From the NCBI RefSeq assembly GCF_018977255.1, contig NW_024704751.1:8370001-8434000 (forward strand): a DNA stretch of 64,000 nt, read 5' to 3'. Positions 12,101 through 21,300 of the stretch are shown piece after piece; position 1 is the stretch's first letter; each line of letters starts with the position of its first letter. The DNA is from Callorhinchus milii (Eukaryota). The notes below the pieces were generated by a model. The model saw nothing but the letters and a program-made list of their open reading frames with translations, had not been told where the DNA came from and did not search any database. The position numbers and the translations under genes are program-made.

Positions 12101-14925
12101 GATGGTTTGTTCAAATGAAACGCGCACTCTGTTTGCTCGCACTCTCTCTTCCTGGAGAGACGCTTCCTGCTTACCCAATTCCAGAAATATTAGGCGCAGG
12201 TTGGAAAGAGCCGAGGCTTGGGGACCCGAGAGAGTGTGCGTGACTTACTGCTTCACCAGCTAGAACCCTATAGCTTGCCATCGGTATCGCTGCCTGGCAA
12301 GCGTTCCCACTGTTTGTCCAGCCCTAATAATAATAATAATAATAATAATAATCCTTGCATTTGATATAGCGCTTTTCACGTCAGGAGGACGTCCCAAAGC
12401 GCTTCACAGAACACACTGTAAAGTGAATTGACTGTATATTTGTGGGCGAACGCGGCAGCCAATTGCGCACAGCAATGTCCCACAAACAGTTGTAGATTGA
12501 AAATGACCAATTTATTATTGTTTTTTGTTTTTTTGGAGGGATTATTATTAGGCGTGTGGAGTAAGGAAACTTGCCCAAGGTTTCGCCCTGCCTGGAAATG
12601 AACTCAGGTCTCTCACTTGCAAAGCGAGTGCTCTAACCACTGAGCTACAGGACTCCCTACCCATCAGGGCTTTGGCTGCAGGGTTAACAGGAGCTGAGTG
12701 GGATGACTCCCTGCCCCCAGTGATTGGTCTGCCCTTCCAGGTCCTGCCGATGAGCCAGGCTGGGCTGTGCGGTGGTCATGAGTGCCCGGGAATACAGCGG
12801 ACCTGCCTGGCTCAGGAATCAGACTAGAGGGCTGGCTCGATTCTGACATTCCATTGCCAAAATGTCACCCTCCAAGGAGACCCTGCTGACCTCTACCCAA
12901 GGCACGAACAGTACCAATATCAGGCCCACCTCACCCTGGCGTTAGAAGTTACCTGTGAACATGATGGGGATCGTAGTTGCCACCGAAATGACCACCAAAC
13001 CCGCAATGTTGGACATGAGCCCGAGCTCCGCTATCCAGGTGTCCTCCAGGCACTGCTGCAGCAGCTTCAGGCCGAGCAGGCTGCTCAGGTAGGTCAGGTG
13101 CTCGGCGGCTGAGCCATAACCGATCAGATCGGACTGCCAGCACAGCGGCGAACTCAGCTCGAATAAGATCAGGACATCCTTGACCCCGAAATGCACGGTG
13201 ATCACGATGAAGAGGCAGAGGACGTAGAGGCAGAGCTGCCCCCGGCCTCCGTTCTCCCCCCTCCGGCTGGCGAACAAGCGCCACACAGAGCGGTAGTGCT
13301 CCGTGGTGAACAGCTTGCTGCTGCCCGCGACGCTCACAGACTCCCGGACGAAGAAGAAAGCGTAGAGTCCCGCGGCCAAGTAGAGGGCAAGCGCGAGCCA
13401 GAACGGGTTGGTGTAGCCCTGCGCCTTCCTCCACTGCCCGCCGATAACGCTGCCGAACATCCCAGCGAGGCCCAGGCAGGCCTCCAGCACGGCCACGCGG
13501 AAGGTCCGCGCCTCCTTGTCACTGACGTCCGCGATGTAGGAGAAGCAGCCAGCGAGCAGGGTGCTGAAGTCGCCCAGCGCGCCGCTCAGCAGACGTCCGA
13601 CCAGGAGGCAAGCCACGGGCAGGCTCAGGGACACCACCAGGAGGTAGACGGCAGCCTGCAGAGCCAGGCCCAGGGTGGGCACGAGCAGGATGGGTCTGCG
13701 ACCCACGCTGTCGCTCCAGGGGCCCAGCAGCGTGGCCGAGAACAGGCCCACGGCAAACCCGGCGCCGTTTATGCACAGGTTCCAGTGTGCGGTCAGCGTC
13801 TCCACCTCCTGCACCGGAGAAACGGCAACGGTTTGGTTCGGACCCGACGTCAAATCGACCGGTCGTCAACAACAACAACAACAACAACGTGCATTTATAC
13901 GGCTCCCTATCACGCTCGGCTGCGTACGGAGAGGCGCAGTGGGTGTGGGGGGGGGGGGGGTATCTGTCTGTGGGGGTGGTGTCTGTTTGTCTGTCTGTGG
14001 GAGGAGGGTTGTATGTCTCTGTCTGTGTCTGTCTGGGGGTGGGGGCGTGTCTGTCTCTGCCTGTCTTGGGTGGAGGGGATCTGTCTGGGGCGGGGGGGGT
14101 GCTCTGTCTGGAGGGGGGCGGTGTCTGGGGGGGGTCTGTCTGTCTGTCTGGGGGGGAATGGTCTGTCTGGGGGGGGGAATCTGTCTGTGGGGGGTGGGGG
14201 ATGTCTGTGGGGGGGGGGGGGTGGTGGTCTGTCTGGGGGGGGATCTGTCTGTGGGGGGGTGGGGGGTGTCTGTGGTCTGTGGGGGGGGGTGGTCTGTCTG
14301 GGGGGGATCTGTCTGTGGGGGGGTGGGGGGTGTCTGTGGGGGGGGTGGTCTGTCTATGTGTGTGGGGGGGGAATCTGTCTGGTGGGGGGGTGTCTATCTA
14401 TGTGGGGGGGGTGTCTGTCTATGTGGGGGGGGGGTGTCTGTCTATGTGGGGGGGGGGGTGTCTGTCTATGTGGGGGGGGCGGTGTCTGTCTATGTGGGGG
14501 GGGGTGTCTGTCTATGTGGGGGGGGGGTGTCTGTCTATGTGGGGGGGGGGGTGTCTGTCTATGTGGGGGGGGGGGGTGTCTGTCTATGTGTGAGGGGGGC
14601 GGTGTCTGACCTGCTGGAGCCGCCGCTCCCCGGGGCTGGCGGTGCTGTTGCAGCCGCGGCTGGAGTTGCCGGCGTAGCCGAGCCGCTCGCTGCTCCTCTG
14701 GTAGATGTACTGCGTGGTGAGCGGGCCCTGCAGCACCAGCGCCGCCATGGCCAGCAGCAGCACCGGCTCCACCGTCACCGCGGCCCGGCACCGGCCCAGG
14801 GCAGGGCCCAGGCTCCCCCCGCCGCACAGGCCCGGGCCCGGCACAGCCTCGGGCTCAGCCTCGGGCTCAGCCGTCGCCGGAGCCGCCACCGCCGCCGGAG
14901 TCGGGAGGGCCTCGGCGTCCGCCAT
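6200..14925 (-). CDS. SLC46A1: Proton-coupled folate transporter PCFT/HCP1, complete 5-exon CDS (~489 aa)
   Basis: Exons 14925-14611, 13808-12953, 11785-11702, 7525-7369, 6257-6200(TGA). Motifs [53 protein letters not shown] are present. The last exon ([18 protein letters not shown]) was chosen on acceptor, phase and length and is the least certain. Confidence 0.95.
7592..7960 (+). mobile_element. tRNA-derived SINE, long subfamily
   Basis: tRNA-like head, internal ctctgtttacc..gcagtaa.taggaacccgg segment, Deu-like gtttgtgggac..gctgtgcgcaattggctgccgcg, L2-like tail. Confidence 0.85.
9255..9580. mobile_element. SINE 3' tail (+) abutting a Deu-domain SINE fragment (-)
   Basis: Common SINE tail to ~9375, then the reverse complement of the Deu core (gccattggatctttaacatccac). 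Confidence 0.7.
10805..11122 (+). mobile_element. Full-length young tRNA(Ala)-like SINE, short subfamily
   Basis: A box TAGCTCAGTGG, anticodon arm CTCGC-TTTGCAA-GCGAG (TGC), B box GTTCAATTCC, tail gcgctatatcaaatgcaagga(tta)n. Confidence 0.92.
11155..11550 (+). mobile_element. Old Deu-domain SINE
   Basis: gaaggctgtaggttcaaaccc head; core gtgaacattaaagatcccaatggcactatt..ttctcccagtgtcc; similar copies at ~24950-25345 and ~29965-30215. Confidence 0.75.
12015..12310. repeat. Unclassified ~300-bp interspersed repeat
   Basis: gaaacccatc..ccaaaccaaactga..catcccac..cacgtggaaattccagagat; recurs inverted at ~22130-22430, direct at ~25360-25525, with fragments at ~27755 and ~42550. Confidence 0.7.
12325..12656 (-). 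mobile_element. Full-length young tRNA(Ala)-like SINE, inverted relative to 10805-11122
   Basis: Reverse complement is nearly identical (roughly 95% by eye) to 10805-11122. Confidence 0.92.
13940..14605 (+). repeat. G-rich minisatellite (TGTCTGTCT[ATGT]Gn) filling most of SLC46A1 intron 1
   Basis: Many ~20-24 bp units with long G runs; the units become more regular toward 14400-14590. Confidence 0.95.
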
Positions 14926-15160
14926 TGCTGCAGCCCCCCTTCCCGCCACCCCCCTCCGAGGCGGTCAGAGGTCACCACCCGCTTTGTAGCCCAAAGTCGC
15001 CCGAGCCGTCGTCGAAAGTAGCCCAAAGTAGCCCGACGTCACGCCTCTCCTCCTTCGAAGCCCCGCCCTCCCCCACGTAGACGCCGCCCCCCAACGCAGG
15101 CCCCGCCCTCCCCGACGCAGGCCCCGCCCCCCGCCCCTCCCCACGTGGAGGAAGGAGGAT
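14926..15160 (-). promoter_or_regulatory. CpG-island promoter and 5'UTR of SLC46A1
   Basis: Very GC/CpG-rich; repeated CCCCGCCC GC boxes at 15060-15137, GACGTCA (CRE-like) ~15035, CACGTG ~15142; no TATA seen. Confidence 0.7.
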
Positions 15161-15244
15161 AATAATCCCTAATAAATAATCCCCGTGCGGTTCGGCGGGG
15201 GGGGGGGGGGGGCGATCGCGCCACTGAGCTACAGGACTCCGCTG

Positions 15245-15279
<35 letters not shown>

Positions 15280-15436
15280 CCTTGCACTTGATGTAGCGCT
15301 TTTCACGTCAGGGGGACGTCCCTGTATATAATATACGGTAAAGTGAATTGTAATAAATAATGTGTAATAACTTATTCCGATTCGATAACGACTTTTGAGA
15401 GAGAAGTAGATACTTATTTGGGGAGGACAAGTTTGC

Positions 15437-15562
15437 AGGGCTATGGGGAGAGAGCGGGGGAGTGGGGTTGATCAGGGCTATGGGGAGAGAGCGGGGGAGT
15501 GGGGTTGATCAGGGCTATGGGGAGAGAGCGGTGGGAGTGGGGTTGATCAGGGCTATGGGGAG
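15437..15562 (+). repeat. 38-bp tandem repeat, about 3 copies
   Basis: cagggctatggggagagagcgggggagtggggttgat repeated. Confidence 0.9.
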
Positions 15563-15959
15563 TGCCACATTCGCCTACAAAATGCGCATACTCACTGGAA
15601 CCCCTGTAAAGCGCTTTGACGACGTGATAATGCGCTGTAAGGAATGTCAAAATTATTATGTATTATTGTCTTCAGTGCAGGTCTCCACAGCGTTAATTCA
15701 AAGCTACGTTCTGCGTGTACATCTCAGAGAAATTCTACTATTGCTTTGAATGCACTCGACAGAGGTAAATGATTCAGGCTGGTAAATACTGGTTAAAGCT
15801 AAATCCAGTGTAGTGGTTGCAGTCACTAGATAACTTTCTGACACCAGTTGATTCAGGAACTCACCATTAACACTTAAGAGGAGTTTGGTTACGTGTGGTC
15901 AGGTGCTGCACCTTAAGAAATGACCCACTGACACACGCTCTCCCCCCACTCCCCTCTCC

Positions 15960-16225
15960 CAAAGGCTTCCTATGGAGAGATTTCCTAGGAGAAGACCAAC
16001 ATTCCAAGCAACAGCCTGGATAATGCTTTTTCAATCCATTTATCTTGAATCTGTGTGTCCTCTGGTTACCGACCCAACTGTCAGTGGAAACAGTTTCTCC
16101 TTAGTCACTCTTATCAAAACCCCTCAGAATTTTGAGCATCTCTATTAAATCTCTATTAACCTTCTCTGCTCTAAGGAGAACAATCCCAGCTTCTCTAGTT
16201 TCTCCACGTGACTGAAGTCCTTGAA
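15960..16225 (-). mobile_element. CR1-type LINE 3' fragment
   Basis: gaaacagtttctccttagtcactc..aaccttctctgctctaaggagaacaatcccagc is typical reverse-strand CR1 ORF2 end sequence. Confidence 0.65.
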
Positions 16226-17760
16226 CCCGAGTGGATTAAACTGTCTGCAGAACTTCACAGGGCAACTGTCCGACTCCTGCCTTCAGCACAGCAGAAAGCA
16301 CATGGCAGATCTTAACCGCAACTTGAAATTGTTTATTTTCTTTGTATTTTCTTTCGACAATACTAAAGGTACAATAGGTTACTTTCCACAATTAATCCAA
16401 CAACCAATCGAGAAAACAATAAATGAACAGAGGGTTATTGTTCACCCATTTTACCCAGTAAATTGTTAACTTTGGTGTTTATGTACGTGAATAAATAACT
16501 CAATTGAAAAATTGGATTCAAGGGGATATTATCTCTGCAGCTTTGATTTGGAAACAAGGCTAGTGTGACTGGCCAGGAAAATGATGGATGAGATCACCTA
16601 TACTCTCCTCCCACCATCAATGGGTGGTTGGGCTTTCAGCCTTTCTGGCCCCGTTCTCCGGAACTCTCTGTTATTGTTGGGCTCCACCACTGTTAACCGC
16701 TCCGAGATGCTACCCTGTGTGGAGGGCACTATATAAGTGCAAGCTGCATATACTATATAAGTGTAAAGCTCTGGGGTTCTTCTCGATGTGATAGGTGTGC
16801 TACATAAATATTGGATTCTCCTCTGTCTGCTGTGAGCTATTAGCTTCACATTTCCCCTTTCAACTGGTGAAGAGAAGGGATTATTCGGTGAGTCAACCTT
16901 GAAGCGGGAGCTTTCCCCTGCCCCACTACCTGGTAGCTCGAAGAGTGGAATATGTAAGCTCATTGCAGATCTGGGGGTCAGATTGGCTCCTGACAGAACA
17001 CGTGCCACAGCGCTGTACAACAAATGTCTTGTACGTCACAGCCGATGAGCTGAATTTTAGAGGCTTTTCCTCTAAAAGCACTGAATTGCTGCCCAATGTA
17101 CCCTAAAGTGATTGGCACCACTTCTGTCCAGTGCTGACAACCAGTACACCCCAAGTAGCTTAGGAGGAAATGAATCACGTAATGTGGTACTGACGGGATT
17201 GTCCTTTGCTTGTTGCCTGGTGCACACTGAGATATCTCAGCGGGGGGGGGGGGGGGCGTTATAATGAGGCATTACAAGGCTCTCAGTGTCCCTCTCAGTC
17301 TGGAGAAGAATGAGCCAGTGTCTTGCTCCTGTACCAGGATATTAGTGAATCATGCAGCTGAGAGGCACATCACGTGCTCTGTTTACTCACCCAGCCATTG
17401 GGACGCCATTCAAATGCAAATTGTTGGTGTTGGTGGTGTTGGGGGTGGTGGTGGAGGACTATCTGTCATCTAAAGGGTGTCAAAAAGTTTAGAGCGAGGT
17501 CATAACTCATCACGATCCATCTGTCAAACCCTGCGTGAGGGGCTCTATAGTTGTTGTTGTTGTAGTATATTGTCAGCACCCGTCCACAAAATATACAGTC
17601 ACTGCGCTTTACAGTGAATCCTGTGAAGCGCTTTGAGATGTCTCAACAAAGTGATAAGGCTCCATACCAAATGTAAGGATTATTATTATTTGACACGTCT
17701 CAAAGCCCTTCGCGGGACTTTAGTGTAAAGTGTAGTGACTGTGTTATTTTGCAAGCAAAG

Positions 17761-17773
17761 GTTAATCATTCAC
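17761..17773 (+). promoter_or_regulatory. HNF1-like site upstream of SLC13A2
   Basis: GTTAATCATTCAC, 12/13 match to GTTAATNATTAAC. Confidence 0.45.
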
Positions 17774-18240
17774 TTTTCAATGTGATTAAGTACCTGGTAG
17801 GATCAGACCTGCTTGTGTGGTTCCCTGACCGATTGACTCATTCTGAGATGATCCATTCAAGGGGAAAAATGAGAGAGAAACAGTGGTCGGGATTAAAAAG
17901 TAATAATCCTTCATTTGATATAGCACACATTATGACGCCTCAAAGTGCTACACAGGAATCACGGCCAAAATGTAGTGACTATTTCCATTGCATCCTCCAA
18001 TTCATCAAGTATTGCAGTGATTGACCATTAAAGTTTGTGGTCAAACAATTAATGCGTGCAACCTCGTTTGTAAGTGTGTACAGTATCAGGTTATGAAGCT
18101 GAACCGCTCTAGGCGTTTCCAGTGTGTAATAAAGCAATCTCAAGAGCTGTAAAGGTTTATCTGCGGTTCAACAGTGTTTGCTTCTTTCAGCAAGTACAAC
18201 CTGTCCTGTTGGGGACAAAAAATAGACCAGGAATCAAAAA

Positions 18241-18272
18241 GTTAATCGTTAATTTTCCCCTGAGTTATATAC
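18241..18272 (+). promoter_or_regulatory. Proximal HNF1-like site plus TATA-like box of SLC13A2
   Basis: GTTAATCGTTAAT (11/13 match) followed by TTATATA, ~90-115 bp before the ATG at 18358. Confidence 0.5.
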
Positions 18273-18357
18273 GGCAGAACAAATCATTACTGGCACTGCA
18301 GTGATACAGCAGGCTGGAGGAACAAATACTGTGGTGAAATCGCTTGGGGGGAAAAAA

Positions 18358-21300
18358 ATGGCATCGTTTGGGCAAATCGTCTGGGCTTTTCGAAACCCAC
18401 TGCTTATTTTCCTGATTCCAATTGTGATGCTCCCTCTCCCTCTGGTTATTCCCACCACGGTAAGCAACACAGGTCTCTTTGGGACCTGGCAGCAGATACA
18501 CACAGCAGAGACCTCTTGACAGTTGGCACCGATTGACGAGGAACAAACACTCCACTGCTAATGCTGTCAATATTTGAGACACTTTGAGATAGATTGTTGA
18601 CTGCCAATTGTTTGTGAGAGGGAACGTGCCTGCCTTATAGCGATCTCTCTCTCCCACTGCTTTTATTTCTGAGGCTTTCCGAGAGTCTGAATCTGTCCAG
18701 AGTTGTGCTTCCATTCAGATGAAGATGTGAAGTGTCAAGATTGAAAAGAGGGAGCGGAGGGACGACAGGAGAGGTAGTGGTTAAGGTGTCACTGGGCTGG
18801 TTGCCTGTTTACAGCCTGTCTTCAGCAGAAGCTGGGGATTTAGAGCAAGCTGTGGGAGTCACAATATAGAGGAAGACAGTGAGGGGGAGACAGTGTGAGG
18901 TGGTGCAGGTCGGGGATTTGTGAGACCTTTCGAAGTTTTAGTTGCTGTATTAAATGCAAGAATATTATTCATCGCTCTGAGCTGTTTCCCCTGCGCGAAA
19001 GACGCTATCGAAATAATAATAATCCTTGCATTTGATATAGCGCTTTTCACGTCTTCTGGACGTCCCAAAGCGCTTCACAGAATATACTGTAAAGTGAATT
19101 GACTGTATATTTGTGGGCGAACGCGGCAGCCAATTGCGCACAGCAAGTTGTATGTTGTTGTTATTGATTGCACGGCAATGCTCCACTGGTTATCGGCCAG
19201 GAACATTAAAGGTAGCTGAGGTTTCAGTTACTCGTGGTTTTACATGTTTGTGACGGATTCCCCCAGGTGTCCTGGCCTCTACCACGTTCCTGTTATCTGT
19301 TACAGTCGTGGGTTAACCCTCGGAGTAAAAAAAAACCTCTGTGGCGTCTGTCCTGAAATTGCCTTTCACACCCTTGATCCCGTGTCCTCTTGAAATCTCA
19401 AAGGCACTTTCTCCTGATGTAAGATCCGAACTTTTGCCCTGACAGCGATGTCTGAGAGACCCATTTAGGTTCTCCCGACCGGTCTGCTCCCTGTCACATG
19501 GAAGACATGTGTGACAGCCAAAATAACTGCTAATGTATCAGCAACTTTGTAATATCAAGATCGTCATCTTGCGGTGTCCAGATTACTGGAAAACAAAGGT
19601 CCAACTTCTAAAGATCAAGGCAACTCTGGGGACGAGTACTCTCATTGGGAGGGACTCTGAGCTCTATTTTTAATCATCTCTTTAGGCTTTGAGCAATCAG
19701 TTGTTAAAAGACCCTCTACAGTGCCCAGAAAACAGCCATATCCAATCTACCAAGGTGTGTGCCCACTGAGATCAGGGGTTCTCACTAACAGGACACACTT
19801 CCATCCAGTCATTTACTTTTGAGTTGATTTTCTTTCCCCTGCTTGTCAGGGTGTTATAATAATAATAGTAATAATAATCCTTGCATTTGATATAGCGCCT
19901 TATTACGTGGTTCAGACGGCTCAAAGCGCTTCACACGATATATTGTACATTGGATTTGACTGTGTATTTTGGGGCGAAACACGGCAGCCAACAAATAGTC
20001 GTAGATTGAATGACCAATTTTTTTTGGAAGGGATTATTACTCCTGGAAATGATCCACCAATTGACCAAACACCGGGTTCCTACTTACTGCTAGGTAAACG
20101 GCTTTTTGTGAGTTACACAGAGATAAAGTCCAGAAACAGGCCATGTTGGTGTTTATACTCCACACAGCCTCCACCCCTCTTATTGTTTGTGGGACAATAA
20201 CTGTTTGTGGGACACTGCTGTGTGCATTTGGCTGCCATGCTTCGCCCGCAAAACACACAGTCCATTCACTTTGCAATATATTCTGCTGCACACTTTGAGA
20301 CGATTCAGTGACGCGATAAGGCGCTATAACAAATGCAAGGATTATTATGAATATTATAAATTGCTGTCGTTGTGAGAAACTGGGAAAGGAAGGGTGGTTT
20401 GGATTGAGAGCGATTGGGAAAAGGCGTGTGAGTAGGAGGCTCATGGAGCAGACCCGAGATAGTGGAGCGGAAGGAGTGGCCAGAGAGTTCGGCTGACTTG
20501 ACACTCTTCCCAAACTGACCCTCGCTGTCCTTTGTGTTTCAGGAGGCCGCCTGTGGGTACACCATCATCGTGATGGCTCTCTACTGGTGCACAGAAGCTC
20601 TCCCGCTTGCCGTCACGGCTCTGATCCCTGTCTTATTTTTCCCAATGTTCAAAATCATGGTTTCACAAGAGGTGAGTGTTCCGCACTGCACGCCATTCCC
20701 CCTCTTTCACAGGGAGCACAAATAGGAGGGGAAAAGAGCTAGATCTCGATGGAGGTTTCTGCTCCAGGTGGACAAGGTCATGTGGAATTCCACCTTGTCA
20801 TATCTCCCTTGAAATCTGAGCCTTTCCCTAAACTGGGATCGAGCGAGGCCACAGTGACATATTAACAGCATTGAGTCAATACAGAACAATATTTCAGTTA
20901 TGCTAAGGCAGGAAGACAAGAATGATCACAGTGTGAAGGGAAGTCAGGACAGATACCAGGAAGTATTTCTTTACCCAGAGGAAAAGTAACAGCTGGAATG
21001 CGTTACCCCAGAAGTGGGTTTGAAGTCAGGACAGTGAGATTCGTTCAAGAAACAACTCGATGCTGTAACGGGAGGATGGGAAGGTGGGGATTTTGGAAGG
21101 ATGAATGGGCTGAAGGACCTCTTCACCCGAACCAATCTCGTGACTTTATAAATCATCAAGAACTGCTATGGTCCATCTCTTTATGGCCAATAAAAATAGT
21201 AATAAAATAATAATGATCCTTGCATTTGATGCAACTGCTTTCCACGCCGAGAGGATGTCCGAAAGCGCTTCACAAGATATATGGTGAAGTGAAATGACTG

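Noticed and set aside
13191-15021. Long + strand ORFs (472, 448 and 268 aa), Gly/Cys/Val-rich
   Set aside because: They arise from the stop-poor G-rich minisatellite and the antisense of GC-rich SLC46A1 exons
15437-15562. CRISPR-like regular repeats (also 10-bp repeats at ~7290-7350)
   Set aside because: No unique spacers; simple tandem repeats in eukaryotic DNA
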